Shown one piece after another: positions 29,465 to 41,216 of a DNA stretch of 64,000 nt. Position 1 is the first letter of the stretch; each line of letters opens with the position of its first letter. Where the stretch lies: the NCBI GenBank assembly GCA_018829565.1, contig JAHJTW010000183.1, positions 9,996 through 73,995 on the forward strand, read 5' to 3'. This DNA is from a bacterium (GTDB lineage: Bacteria; Krumholzibacteriota; Krumholzibacteriia; LZORAL124-64-63). Below the pieces are notes generated by a model. That model was given only the letters and a program-made list of their open reading frames with translations. It was not told the DNA's origin and did no database searches. The position numbers and the translations under genes were made by a program.

Positions 29465-30967
29465 TCAGGCCCGGATGGTGCGGGCCTCCAGGGCCTGAAG
29501 ATAGACGTCCTCGTAGCTTGCCGCTGCCCGGGACCAGCCGAATTCGCAACCCATGCCCCGGACCTGCAGGGCGGCCCACCGGTCCGGATCGTCCCAGAGC
29601 GCCTCGGCCCGGCGCAGACAGGCCAGCAGGGCCTCGGGACGCGCCTGGTCGAAGACGAATCCCGTCCCCGCGGCGTCGTCCGCATCGACGACGGTATCGG
29701 CCAGCCCCCCGGTGCGCCGCACCACCGGGGGCGAACCGTACTTCAGGGCGTACATCTGGGACAGACCGCAGGGCTCGAAGAGGCTGGGCATCAGGAACAG
29801 GTCGCAGCCGGCGTAGATCCGGTGGGCGAGGGCCTCGTCGAAGACCCGGGTGAAGGACACGGCGTCCGGCATCCTGGCCGCCACGGCGTCCAGGGCAGCC
29901 TCCAGATCCCGGTCCCCGGTCCCCAGAACGGCGAAGGTGAAGCCGTCCCCCACCAGCCGCTCCAGCAGGGGGATCAGCAGGTCCACCCCCTTCTGGTGGA
30001 CCAGCCTGCCCACGAACCCGCACAGGGGCTTGTCCGGCCGCCCGGGATTGCCGGGGACCGCCAGTCCCAGTTCGTCCGCGAGGGCGGCGCGGCAGGCGTC
30101 CTTGCCCGCGAGCCGGGCGGGGCCGTAGTTCTCCGCCAGATGCGGATCCCGCAGGGGATCCCAGACCTCGTCGTCCGCCCCGTTGAGGATCCCGGAGTAG
30201 CCGGCGCCGCGGGCGCCGAGCACCCCTTCCAGGCCACAGCCGTAGGCCGGATCGGCGACCGTCTCGCGGGCGTAGGTGGGGCTGACGGTGTTGACCCGGT
30301 CGGCGGACGCGATCCCGGCCTTGAGCAGGTTCATCCGGCCGTGGAACTCCAGGAGTCCCGGATAGACCGCCAGGGAACGCGGCAGGCCCAGATCGAGGAC
30401 GCGGTCGGGCAGGTGGATCTCCTGGTGCGCCAGGTTGTGGATCGTCAGCACGGTGGCGGCAGGTCCCGGCAAATCCCGACCCGTGTACCAGTGGTCGCGG
30501 TACAGGAGCGCCGGGACGGCCTCGGCGTCGTGGGCGTGGACGACGTCCACGGGCCACCCGAGCAGGCGCGGCAGCAGCAGGGCCGCCTGGGCGTGCAGGG
30601 AGGCCCTCTCCAGCGAATCGGCGAACCCCTTGCCGTCCGGGCCGGTGTAGATCCCGCGGCCGGCGAACAGATCCTCGCATTCGACGAGGTAGATCTTCAG
30701 CCGGCCGGCCGGCGGACCCTGCACGTGGAAGCGGACGTCGTGGACCTTCTGCCCCACCCGCAGGGCCAGGGGGGGCAGCTTCTTGAGCGGCCGGATGCCC
30801 AGGCGAGCACGGTCGAGATGCCCGTAGAGAGGCAGCACGACGCGCACGTCGTGGCCGCGGCCGGCCAGGGCAGCCGACAGGGCCTGGGCGACGTCGCCGA
30901 GCCCGCCCACCTTGGCCCAGGGGGCCAGTTCCGCCGTCACCATCAGGATGTTGCGCTTGGTCGGCAA
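29465..30967 (-). CDS. glgA: Glycogen synthase (ADP-glucose type)
   Basis: N-terminal EL(A)PWAKVGGLGDV motif and GT5 architecture. Confidence 0.9.
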   Translation of the reverse strand: MPTKRNILMVTAELAPWAKVGGLGDVAQALSAALAGRGHDVRVVLPLYGHLDRARLGIRPLKKLPPLALRVGQKVHDVRFHVQGPPAGRLKIYLVECEDLFAGRGIYTGPDGKGFADSLERASLHAQAALLLPRLLGWPVDVVHAHDAEAVPALLYRDHWYTGRDLPGPAATVLTIHNLAHQEIHLPDRVLDLGLPRSLAVYPGLLEFHGRMNLLKAGIASADRVNTVSPTYARETVADPAYGCGLEGVLGARGAGYSGILNGADDEVWDPLRDPHLAENYGPARLAGKDACRAALADELGLAVPGNPGRPDKPLCGFVGRLVHQKGVDLLIPLLERLVGDGFTFAVLGTGDRDLEAALDAVAARMPDAVSFTRVFDEALAHRIYAGCDLFLMPSLFEPCGLSQMYALKYGSPPVVRRTGGLADTVVDADDAAGTGFVFDQARPEALLACLRRAEALWDDPDRWAALQVRGMGCEFGWSRAAASYEDVYLQALEARTIRA

Positions 30968-30977
30968 GGGGACCTCC

Positions 30978-31990
30978 TCACCCGCGCAGGGCGGCGGCCG
31001 CGCTTTCGGGCGGAACGGGGTTGATGAAGAATCCCGACCCGGTCTCGAACCCCGCCAGGCGCACCAGCCTCGGGGTCAGTTCCAGGTGCCAGTGGAACCC
31101 ATTGTGCGCCGCTCCCGGAAGGCTGTCGAGGGCTTCCTGGCCCGTGACCACCACCAGGTTGAAGGAGTGGTCCCCGTGCCGGCGCCGCTGCGCTTCCAGG
31201 ACCGTCTTCAGCACGGCCGCCAGGGCTTCCAGTTCGGCGTCCGGGGCCGCGGTCAGGCGGGACCGGTGGCCGCGGGGCCAGAACCCGGCCTCGAAGGGAA
31301 ACCGGCTGGCCCAGGGGGCGATGGCCGCCCAGTGCTCGTTGCTGGCGATGACCCGGCTGCCGTCCGCGCACTCGGCGGCGACCAGGTCGCAGGCCAGGCA
31401 TCCCCCGGTCCGCACCCGGTGGGCCGCCAGCCGTTCCTGCTTGGCCCGCACGCTCTCGGGGACCTCGGGCAGGGCCAGGATCTGCAGGTGGGGATGGCTG
31501 AGGGTCGCCCCGGCCTCGGGTCCGGCGTTCATGAAGGGCAGGACGAACAAGCCGGGCGCCTCGGCGTTCAGGGCGGCCGTCCGGTCCCTGACCAGGCCCA
31601 GCAGTTCGGCCAGATCGGGGACCGTCAGGTCCGCCAGGGTCGCCTCGTGCCGGGGGGTGCAGACGATCACCTCGTGGCGCCCGCTCCCGGGCCGGCGGGG
31701 AAAAAGCCCGCCCGTGGCGGGATCATCATTCGGCGCACCGTCCAGAGCGGGAAACTTGTTGGGGAAGGCGCGCAGGCGCCAGCCCGGGGAATTCTCCGGC
31801 GCTCCATCAGGACGGCCTGCTGCGGTGATCTCGGGGGTCGTCAGGTGCTCCCGGCCCGGGCAGAAGGGACAGGTGATCGGGCGGTCCGGCGCCACGCCCG
31901 GCAAGGGAAACTCGTTGGGACGTCCCGACCTGTGAGGAGAGACGACGACCCAGCGGCCGGTCAGGACATCCTGTCTCAGTTCATTCATCG
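30978..31990 (-). CDS. galT: Galactose-1-phosphate uridylyltransferase (HIT superfamily)
   Basis: Zn-site CPFCPGRE and catalytic SHPHLQ motif. ATG at 31990. Confidence 0.8.
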
Positions 31991-32166
31991 GATTTTTTCC
32001 CCGAAAAAAACGTCCGACAGGGAACAATCCCGCCGGCCCGAGCGTAAAACAACCATACTCCGGAGCCAACAAGAACCGCATCCCCCTAGCGGCACCTCCT
32101 CCGGGCGAGACGATGGAAAAAAAGCGGGCGAGCGCGGGAACGGACCCAAGGGCGAAGGGTCCGTTC

Positions 32167-32834
32167 CTATTTTTCATCCCCCATCCCCGCCGGCCGACCC
32201 GCCAGGACGAACTGCAGGTACTTCATATCGGCGAATCTCCCGAGAGTCAAGGCGTTGAAGGCCTTGAACTTCAACGATCCGGTGGGATTGATCCCCTCCA
32301 CCGTCTCCACCGTGAAACCGCTGTCCCGGAACAGGGCGATCATGCTGCTGCGGGTGAAGAACCGCAGATGGGTGCGGTCGCAGATCCCCTCGTCGGCGTA
32401 CTCCCAGCGGCCCTTCAGGGCCAGGTCCACCACGTTCCAGAAGTACCGGACGCTGGGGATGGAGGCGGTGACGCGGCCGCCGGGAGCCAGCAGGGGCGGC
32501 AGCATGCCCAGCAGGTCCCCCGGTTCGAGCAGGTGCTCGAGGACGTCGTTCAGGCAGATGCAGTCGAAGGCCCCGCGCGGCAACGTAGGAATGACGGCGT
32601 GAGCATCGCCGGTATGGACGGCGTGGAGCACCTCCGCCGCCCTTCGGGCCGCCTCCGGGTCGAACTCGATGCCGGTGATCTCCAGGTCGGGCCGGGCCTC
32701 CAGCAGGCCCGCGGCGAAGGCCCCGGCGCCGCAACCGACGTCCAGGATGCGGCGGGCGTCCGCCGGCACGAAACGCTGAAGCTCCCGGCGCGGGCGCCCG
32801 TAGTACTCCGGCGCTTTCTTCAGTTCGCCCATCA
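32167..32834 (-). CDS. Class I SAM-dependent methyltransferase
   Basis: ILDVGCGAG motif I. Start overlaps the ClC stop. Confidence 0.75.
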
Positions 32835-34906
32835 GTTCCCCCCCGGCGATCCGAAGGCGCGGGTGTTGGTGTCGGCCAGCAGGCGGTCCAGGTCCTCCGC
32901 CTCTCCCACGATGATCAGGCGGTCCCCCTCGTCCAGGGGCCGGCCTGGATCGGGCATCTCGTTCCGTAGACCGCCCAGCAGGGTGCGCTGCTTCACCGCC
33001 AGCACCGAGATGTTGTAGCGCGGACGCAGGGCCAGTTCCTGGAGGGTCATGCCGATCCATTCGGCCGGCGGCACGAAGAGCTGGACCTTGTACTGCTCGG
33101 GGAGCTCGACGCAGTCGTGCATGCGGGCCTCCCCGGTGACAAGCTTGATGCCCTTGTCCTCCTGGTGCAACACCTCGCGGTTGTAGACCTCGAAGATGGC
33201 CTGACGCGTGATGACGCCCACGAGCACCGGTTTTTCCGGGCCGTACAGGACCGGCAGGTCGGCGGTGTCGCGATGGCCCAGCTTGAGCAGGCAGTCCTCG
33301 AGGTTGTCGCGCCGGTAGACGATCTGCGGCACCTCCCGGAGGATGTCGGCGGCGATCAGCACCTGGCCGAGGTTCTCCTCGTGCAGGATGTCCTTCACGT
33401 CGTGGATGGAGATCAGGCCGCGCAGCTTGCCGACCTCGTCCACGACGTAGTAGTGCTCCTCCTGGTTCTCCAGGAAGAGCTTCAGGATGTGGTCCAGCCT
33501 GGCGGTCACCTCGATCGAGGCGGGGTTGACCTCCATGATGTCCTGCACGTGGAAGCTGCGCAGGATGGCGCTCTCGCGGCCGAAGTTCAGTTCCTGCCCC
33601 CGGCGCGTGAACTTCAGGGTGAAGATGGAGTCCTTCATCAGCGAGCGGTACACCAGGGCCGCCCCGATGCTCGCGAGCATGAGCGGCAGGATGACCTGGT
33701 ACTGGCCGGTCATCTCGAAGAGGATGAGGATCGCGGTCAGCGGACCTCCGGTGGCCGCGCCCACCATGGCCGACATCCCCACCATGGCGAAGGCCCCAAC
33801 CGCGTGGTGGGCGTCGGGGAAGATCTGGCCCAGGCCCGCGCCGAAGGCGCCTCCGAGCATGCCGCCGAGGAACAGGGCCGGCGCGAAGATCCCCCCGCTG
33901 AATCCCGACCCGAGGGTGAGATTCACCGCCAGGAGCTTGACCACCACCAGCAGGACCATCAGGCCCAGGGCCATCTCGCCGTTCAGGGCCTGGACCATGG
34001 ACCCGTAACCCACGCCGTAGACCTGGGGGAACCAGATGGTGATGGCGCCCAGGAAGACTCCGCCCAGGGCGGGCTTGAGCCAGGGCTTAACCGGCAGGCG
34101 CTCGATGGCGTCCTCGCTTGCGTAGAGGGTGCGGACGTAGATCACCGCCAGCAATCCCACCAGCAGCCCGAGCACCAGGTAGAACGGCAGCTCCAGGCTG
34201 TTCTCGATGGTGAAGTCGGGCACCGGAAACGAAGGGGTGTCGCCCAGGAACTCGCGGCTGACGGCGGTGGCGACCACGCTGGCCACGATGATGGGACTGA
34301 AGGTCACCAGCGCGAAATCGCGCATGAGGATCTCCAGGGCGAAGAACGCCCCGGCGATGGGTGCGTTGAAGGTGGCTGCGATGCCGGCCGCAGCCCCGCA
34401 GCCGATGAGGGTCCGCAGACGCTGGGGCGAGAACCGCAGCCACTGGCCCACGGTGCTGCCCAGGCCGGCGCCGATCTGGACGATGGGACCTTCGCGGCCC
34501 ACCGAACCGCCGCAGGCGATGGTGATGGCGCTGGCGGTGATCTTCACCGCGGCGACCACGGGCCGGATCACCCCCTTCTTGAAGACGATGGCGCCCAGCA
34601 CCTCGGGGACCCCGTGCCCCTTGGCCTCACGGGCTCCCCAGTGCACCAGGGGACCCACGACCAGGCCGCCCATCACCGGCAGCAGGATCTTCTTCCACCA
34701 GGGCACGGCCATGAGCAGTTCGACCGTGTTCTCGCCGTGGCCGATGGCGAAGCCCTGGAAGAAGTCCACCATCCAGCGGAAGAGGATGGCCCCGAATCCG
34801 CCGCAGACGCCGACGATGGCCGCCATGACGACCATGATGGTGGTCTCGTCGGGTTCGAAGCGTTCGATGACCCTGAAGAGGGCCCGGCGGGTGCGGCTGT
34901 ACTTCC
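32832..34906 (-). CDS. ClC-family chloride/proton channel with C-terminal CBS pair and TrkA-C domain
   Basis: GSVGREGP and GIAATFNAPIAG selectivity motifs. CBS pair. TTG start at 34906 is tentative. Confidence 0.8.
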
Positions 34907-35095
34907 TGACGGACAATGGGGCCTCGCGGAGTCGGGGTTCGGGGGACGAAGAAGCCCTAAACTGGCAAATCCCTGGGGATTCGTCAATACCGGGCCGTGC
35001 GGATCCCAGCTTCCGACCTTTCATTGTCCTTGGCAAGCCGGCGACCATCGGCATAATGGCAGGACATCGTGCACTCCATCGGAAACGAGGACCCA

Positions 35096-37782
35096 TGGCC
35101 CCCGACTTCACTCCCGGCGGCGGACTCCATCCCAGCGACCTGGCGCCAGGTCTGTTCACCGCCCTGCTGGACAACGGCATGCGCGTCATCATCAAGGAGG
35201 ACCGCCGCCGCGACGTGGCCATCTGCAACGTCTGGGTGGGCGCCGGCAGCAACCGCGAGCCCGAAGCCCTCAGGGGATGGTCCCACGGCATCGAGCACCT
35301 GCTGTTCAAGGGGACGGGCAAGCGCGGGGAGGGGGACTTCGCCCGCGAGGTCGCCGAGGCCGGCGGCTCGACCAACGCCGGGACCGGCTACGAGACCACC
35401 AACTACCACATCACCCTGCCGGCGGAGAACCTGCCCGTCGCCGTGGACATCCTCGGCGACGCCCTGTTCCACAGCGCCTTCGAGCCCGGAGCCCTCGACG
35501 CCGAACGCGAGGTCCTCGTCCACGAGAACCACATGTACGACGACGTGCCGTTCGGTTACGGGGTGACCTGGCGCTGGGGGATGGAACTGGCCTTCGACCG
35601 CAGCCCCTACGCCCATCCCATCGGCGGCCAGGACGAGAACCTGCGCGAACGCAGCCGCGACCAGATCCTGGCCTACTGGCGCAGCGCCTACCGGCCCGAC
35701 AACGTGATCGTGGTCCTGGTCGGGGCGTTCGCCGCGGACGAGGCCTTCGGCCTCGTGAAGGAGAAGTTCGGGACGGTGCCGCCTTACGAGGGGCCCGGCG
35801 ATCCGGCGACGGACATCGTCGCCGCGCCCCCGGTGGAGGGCCGGCATGACGGGCCGCGCTGGCGGCTGGAGCGCGGAGACATCGCCAAGTGTTACGCCAA
35901 GCTCATCTTCCCCGCACCGGGCGAGCACGAGGACCGGCGCCAGATCATGAGCGTGATCCACAAGATCCTCGCCGACGGCCGCAGCTGCCGGATGCACCGC
36001 CAGGTCCAGGAGGAAAGCAAGCTGGTCGACGACTTCGTCGTGATGACCGAGGCCGGCCCCCGCGAAGGCATCGCCATCGTCGACCTGGAGACGGACGTGC
36101 AGCGCCTGCCCGCGGCCATCAAGGCCGTCTGCAGCGTTCTCGAGGACCTCAAGCGCACCGGCGGCACTCCCGAGGAACTGGACCGCGCCCGGGTGCGCAC
36201 CCTGCGCGGGCACCTGTTCGGGAACGAAACGGTCCAGGGCCAGGCCCACAACCTGGGCCACCATGCCATGCTCGGGGACCTGCCAGGGGCCTTCGAATAC
36301 CCCGGCCGCGTGGCGTCCGTGACCGCCGCCGACGTCGCCGCCATCGCCGCCGAGGTCTTCGACCGCCACCAGCTGAGCGTGATCGCCTATCTGCCGGAGC
36401 ACGCCGCCGCGGGAGACCTGCCCGCCTCGGGGCGGGACCTGGAGGAACTGCTCAGGGGCGTCCTGAGCACCGGCGTGGCCCATCCCTCTCCCGCCGGGCC
36501 GGCCGGAGCGCCCGGGCCGACCCGCCACGCCACCGCGGGCGGCCGCGCCGAACCGTTCCGCCTGACGGCATTGCCGGGGGGCGGCGAGATCTGCTGGCGC
36601 ATCGACCGCACGGTTCCTGTGCTGGCCATGACCCTGACCACCCTGGGCGGCGCCTGCAGCGAGTCCGCCGCCTCGGCGGGATTGGCCGCCCTGACCTCGT
36701 CCGTGCAGATCAAGGGAGCCGGAGGCCGCACCGCGGCCGCCCTGCACGGACTGCTGGAAGGCGAGGGGGCATCCATCTCGCCCCGCACCGAGCGGGACTT
36801 CTCCGGGCTGGGCCTGTCGGCCATGAGCGATCGCCTGGACCGCCCCCTGGATTTGCTGGCGGACATCATCCACACCCCGGACTTCGCGCCGGACGAGATC
36901 GAGCAGGAGAGGCGCCTGGCCCTCGAGGAGCTGGCCTCCCTGGAGGACAACCCCCTGCAGCTGGGGGTCACCCGCCTGCGGGAGATGCTCTACGGCGACC
37001 ATCCCTACGGTCGTCTGCTCCCCGGAACCCCCGAGAGCCTGCCCGGATTGACCAGGGAGCTGATCCTCGCCGCCCACGCCGGAGCCTGGATCCAGGGCAA
37101 CATCCAGGTCTGCCTGAGCGGGGACTTCGACCCCGATCTCCTGCTACCCTTGCTGCAGGACATCCTGGCGGCCCTGCCGGCCGGGCCCAGAACCATTCCC
37201 GTCGTCAGCCCCGCCCGGAAACCGTCGGGGGCGGAGATCCAGCGCCTGCAGCGCCGCATCAACCAGTGCGTCCTGCTGTTCGGCTGGCCGGGCCCCCGCC
37301 ATCCGGACGAGAACCTGGCGCCGCGCCTGGTCCTGAAGGAACTCCTCAACGGGCAGAGCGGCCGCCTCTTCGAGGAACTGCGCAACAAGCGCTCGCTGTG
37401 CTACAACACCGGAGTGATGACCACCGCCGGCTTCGGGCAGGGCATGATGCTGGGATACGTGCTGACCGCCCCCGAATCCGAACAGGAGGCCCGCACGGCC
37501 ATGCTGGCCGAGCTGTCGCGCATCACCGTGGAACCCGTCGGGGCCGTCGAGCTGGAGATGGCCCGGGCCAAGCTGATCGGCAACCTGCTGATCGGGCACC
37601 AGTCCAACAGCGCCATGGTGGCCCGGGCGGCCCGCAACCGGGTCTACGGCAGGGAGGCCGAGGATCTGGTCCGGCTGGTGGCGGAGATCCGGGCCGTGAG
37701 CGCCGGCGACGTCACGACCCTGGCCGGCGAACTGATCACCCCCGACCGGCGCTGCGAGGTCGTGGTCAGCCCCGTCGGGTGA
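35096..37782 (+). CDS. M16-family zinc peptidase (pitrilysin-like, tandem M16 modules)
   Basis: Inverzincin motif HGIEHLLFKG. About 895 aa. ATG preceded by GAGGA. Confidence 0.8.
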
Positions 37783-37794
37783 TTCCCGGTCATG

Positions 37795-37826
37795 AAAAAA
37801 GGCCTCCCCCGGACGGGGGAGGCCTT
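37795..37826. terminator. Bidirectional intrinsic terminator (AAAAAA-GGCCTCCCCC-ggac-GGGGGAGGCC-TT)
   Basis: Perfect 10-bp stem flanked by A and T runs, between convergent genes. Confidence 0.7.
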
Positions 37827-37843
37827 GCTCCTGGACGGAGAAT

Positions 37844-38197
37844 CTAGCCCACGACGCGGTAGCGGTCAGGAGCGTCGGACATGTCGATGAGCACGGTCTG
37901 CTGAGTGAAACTGGTGCGGTGCTTGACGCCCTCGGGCACGCGGTACTGGTCGCCGGCCTGGTAGAGGTTGCTCTGGCCGTCGATGTGGATGACCATCTCG
38001 CCGGAGATCACCAGCCCCTGCTGGTCGCAGTGGGAATGGTCCGGAAACGACACCCCTTCTTCGAAGACGAAAAAGACGACCTGCTTGCGGTCGTCCTTCA
38101 GGCAATATCCCGTGACCCCGTCGACCGGGACTTCGACCTTGGGCAAGGCCATGATTTCGGGGGGCAAAAGGTTGTCGATGGTACGGGCGGATTCCAT
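37844..38197 (-). CDS. Cupin-domain protein
   Basis: Cupin motif region HSHCDQQGLVISGEMV…YRVPEGVKH. Confidence 0.65.
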   Translation of the reverse strand: MESARTIDNLLPPEIMALPKVEVPVDGVTGYCLKDDRKQVVFFVFEEGVSFPDHSHCDQQGLVISGEMVIHIDGQSNLYQAGDQYRVPEGVKHRTSFTQQTVLIDMSDAPDRYRVVG

Positions 38198-38327
38198 ACG
38201 CTGACCCTCCTGTGATCTCGATCGCTACAGGATGACCGGAGCGGGCGGGCCCGCCGTCCGGATGCTCACATCATATTCCAAACCCCGGGTTCGGCAAGGA
38301 TCCGGGGATCCCCGGACCCAACCGCCT

Positions 38328-38831
38328 TCACCCCGTGGTGCGGGGAGCGTAATCGGCGCCCCGCATCGGCAAGGCCGGCGCCCCGGCAAGGATCTCGGCC
38401 AGCTCGATGCGGCCGATGAAGAGGTCGTGGTCCCCCGCCGGAACCACCGCTTCGGTCAGGCACAGGAACCGGGCGCTGCAGCGCCGGAGCGCGGGAGATC
38501 CCTCCCCCAGCAAGTCGTGGTCCACTTCCGCCCACTTGTCCCGATCCCGGCCGGACACCAGGCCGAACAGGCGGGCGGTCTCCACCTGGTCCTGGTGCAG
38601 GAGCGAAACGGTGAACTCGGGGGCGTCCCGCAGCAGCCCGTAGGTGAACCGCTCGCGGCCGACCGCCACCATGAGCAACGGCGGGACAAGGGACACCCGG
38701 GTGACCCAGGCGGCCGTCAATCCCCCCAGGACACCGTCACGCGCCGCGCCGATCACCGCCACCGGGGCGGGGATCAGGCGCAAGGCTTCGTCGATGAATT
38801 CGGGAGCGGTCCGGATGCGGGGATTGGTCAT
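38328..38831 (-). CDS. Flavin reductase-like (FMN-binding split-barrel) protein
   Basis: VAVIGAARDGVLGGLTAAWVTRVSLVPPLLMVAV pattern. Start is either ATG 38831 or GTG 38843. Confidence 0.65.
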   Translation of the reverse strand: MTNPRIRTAPEFIDEALRLIPAPVAVIGAARDGVLGGLTAAWVTRVSLVPPLLMVAVGRERFTYGLLRDAPEFTVSLLHQDQVETARLFGLVSGRDRDKWAEVDHDLLGEGSPALRRCSARFLCLTEAVVPAGDHDLFIGRIELAEILAGAPALPMRGADYAPRTTG

Positions 38832-38919
38832 GCTCGGGTCCACCGCCGGGTCGTTGCGTGGGGAGGGCCGTGGGGCCCGTCGGTTCCGACAACTCCATCA
38901 TAACCCGAAGACCGGGTCA

Positions 38920-39765
38920 TCAGGCAAGGGCAAATTCGGCCACCACCGGATAATGATCCGACGGCAGGGCCTGCTGGCGGTGCTCCATGTCCGTGAAATC
39001 GATCCGGGTGACCGACCGCACCATGGGCCGGGGCCGGAAGAACACGTAGTCGATCCGCCGGGGACCCATGAGCTTGCGGCCGACCTTGTCCCGCAGGCCG
39101 AGACCGCGGAAGGTCGCGCCCTCGGGGCAGTCGCCCGCGCAGGCTTCGGCCCAGGCGTCGAACATGGGTTCGAGTTCGGGGTGCGCCGCGGCCATGGCCC
39201 TGATCTCCGGCGAGCCGGCGACGGCGTTGAAGTCGCCGGTCAGGAAGATCGGGATGTCCGGACCCAGCTGGGCCACCTTGGCGCTGACGTATTCCCGGAG
39301 CTGCAGGGCGCTCCGCTTGCGGTGCCAGGGATTGGCGGCCTCGAGGTGGGTCGTCCCGAACAGGAACTTCTGCTGGGTTCCGATGAGCTCGAACTGGTTC
39401 CAGGTCACCAGCCGCGGCCGAGTGCCCAGGTTGTAGCTGGAGGCGGGGACCTCGGGCGTCGGGGACAGCCAGTGGGTGTCCCCCTCGCCGATGGGATCGA
39501 GCAGCCGCACGCGGTCCCGGCGGAAGAACGTGGCGCAGTACCAGTTCTTGTCGCTGTGCGCCATGTCCGGACCCAGATTGCCCTCGCCGAAGAAATCGTA
39601 CTCGGGCAGCAGGTCGGCCAGTTCCCGCAGCTGGCGGTAGTTGGCCTCCTGGGTGCCCACGACGTCCGGTTTCAGGGACGTGAAGATCCGGGCGATGTTC
39701 CGCTTGCGGAGTCTCCAGGGATGGCTGCGCTGTTTCTTGGTCGAGCTCAGAAGGTTGAAGGTCAT
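38920..39765 (-). CDS. Endonuclease/exonuclease/phosphatase (EEP) family protein
   Basis: MTFNLL…VVGTQE…LTGDFN…DHYPV motifs typical of the EEP fold. Confidence 0.7.
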   Translation of the reverse strand: MTFNLLSSTKKQRSHPWRLRKRNIARIFTSLKPDVVGTQEANYRQLRELADLLPEYDFFGEGNLGPDMAHSDKNWYCATFFRRDRVRLLDPIGEGDTHWLSPTPEVPASSYNLGTRPRLVTWNQFELIGTQQKFLFGTTHLEAANPWHRKRSALQLREYVSAKVAQLGPDIPIFLTGDFNAVAGSPEIRAMAAAHPELEPMFDAWAEACAGDCPEGATFRGLGLRDKVGRKLMGPRRIDYVFFRPRPMVRSVTRIDFTDMEHRQQALPSDHYPVVAEFALA

Positions 39766-40004
39766 CACCCTCAAATTGGCGTTCGGCACGATCTACTTCC
39801 CCACTTCGGTATTTTCCTGCCTCGGGGCCCGGCCCCGAAGGCGAACGTTCACTTCTTGACGGATCCGCGGGCGCTTTGTTGCACCCGATCATTCCTTGCA
39901 ATTATCATACCTCTTCTAAAGTTCCCTTTATCGCGCGAATAATGCAAGAAACTGATGTAAATGACATATAATTTACTGACGGTATTGGCAAAATGGCAAA
40001 TCGG

Positions 40005-40559
40005 TCATGAAAAAAGGTCAAGTTGAGGGGGTTCCGTGGGGAGGTCCATGGCCTCGAGAACCCGCAGGACCCAGCCGTCCCGCCCCTCCCGGGGCAGGCG
40101 CAAGGGCTCCAGGCCGAACTCGTCCAGCAGGTCGTCGATGGTCCCGTCGATGCCCGTCTGGAAGTCCACGGAAGTGTCCCGCGTCCCGTCGAAGCTGGGC
40201 GGAGCGATGATCGGGACCTTCACCAGCAGGGTGTAGGTGTTCATCCAGGACCGGATGAAGGGTTCGAGGTCCGGATTCCTGCCGGTGGCGTGGACCATGT
40301 AGGCGTAGTTGTCGAGCACCGCCCGGTCGCAGACGATGGCCTGATACGCGGCGCCCAGTTCGATCTCCCGGGCGACCTGCGTGTGCAGGATCCAGTTCTG
40401 GGCATCCTCGTTGGTCTCGCGGTTGATGGGCAGGGGGCACCCGCGCGCCACCTCCTTCACGAGGTCGACGCTGATGTCCAGCCGCTTGAGGGCGGCCGCC
40501 AGTTCGTAGCAGAGGGTCGTCTTGCCGACCCCGTGGGTGCCGATGAACGCGATCTTCAT
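40005..40559 (-). CDS. P-loop NTPase (AAA_28 / NadR-C-terminal-like ATPase-kinase)
   Basis: Walker A GTHGVGKTT. Small (184 aa) single-domain NTPase. Confidence 0.6.
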   Translation of the reverse strand: MKIAFIGTHGVGKTTLCYELAAALKRLDISVDLVKEVARGCPLPINRETNEDAQNWILHTQVAREIELGAAYQAIVCDRAVLDNYAYMVHATGRNPDLEPFIRSWMNTYTLLVKVPIIAPPSFDGTRDTSVDFQTGIDGTIDDLLDEFGLEPLRLPREGRDGWVLRVLEAMDLPTEPPQLDLFS

Positions 40560-40613
40560 GGGCGCAACTTAGCCCCCCTGCCGGGTAATGTCCAGAGACC
40601 GCGGACCGCCCGG

Positions 40614-41216
40614 CTAGAAGCGGTCGCGGATGACCAGTTCGTCCAGGGGAACCTGTCCCGAGCGTTCCCGGGCGGGCTCGATCGCCTTGCCCACGGCCAC
40701 CGCCATGACGATGTCGTGGTCGCGGGGCAGGTTGATGATGGCGGCCACCTTGGTGAAGTCGAAACCCACCATGGGACACGTGTCGTAGCCCATGGCCTTG
40801 GCGGCCAGCATCAGGGTCATCGCCGCCATGCCGCCCGAGCGCAGGTTCTCGTCCCGCCGGGCCACCTCGTGCGTGCCGTAGTAGCCGAGGATCATGGGCA
40901 CCACGGCGTCCCTGACCGCGGGCGCCGCATTCGCCCAGTAGCGGGCGGGATCCTTGGCGTAGGCTCCCTGGTCGCCGCACACGATCACCAGGGCGGAGCA
41001 GTCGGTGAACTGGGCCTGGTTCCAGCCGGCCTCCCGGATCTGCTGCTTCACCGACGGGTCGGTGACCACCACGAAGCGGTAGTTCTGGATGTTGAACGAG
41101 GTGGGCGTCAGGGCCGCCGCCTTCATCAGGCGCGTCAGTTCATCGGCGGCGAGCTCGTGCTCCGGGTCGAACTTCTTGACCGAACGCCGGGCGGCGATGG
41201 CGTCGAAGGTGTCCAT
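40614..41216 (-). CDS. Nitroreductase-family protein
   Basis: FDAIAARRSVKKF N-terminus and nitroreductase fold pattern. RBS GGAGG. Confidence 0.75.
   Translation of the reverse strand: MDTFDAIAARRSVKKFDPEHELAADELTRLMKAAALTPTSFNIQNYRFVVVTDPSVKQQIREAGWNQAQFTDCSALVIVCGDQGAYAKDPARYWANAAPAVRDAVVPMILGYYGTHEVARRDENLRSGGMAAMTLMLAAKAMGYDTCPMVGFDFTKVAAIINLPRDHDIVMAVAVGKAIEPARERSGQVPLDELVIRDRF

Noticed and set aside
27621-30680. 1019-aa ORF read as a single huge kinase
   Set aside because: The upstream 420 codons are an out-of-frame read-through of glgA. The kinase is called from the GTG at 29416 with its RBS after the glgA stop.
32174-32734. Alternate-frame 186-aa ORF inside the methyltransferase gene
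   Set aside because: The methyltransferase frame has SAM motif I (VGCGAG). The alternate frame is Arg/Gly/Pro-rich.
34207-35095. 5' extension of the M16 peptidase ORF back to 34207
   Set aside because: The extension is antisense to the ClC channel gene. The peptidase is called from the ATG at 35096 with a GAGGA RBS.
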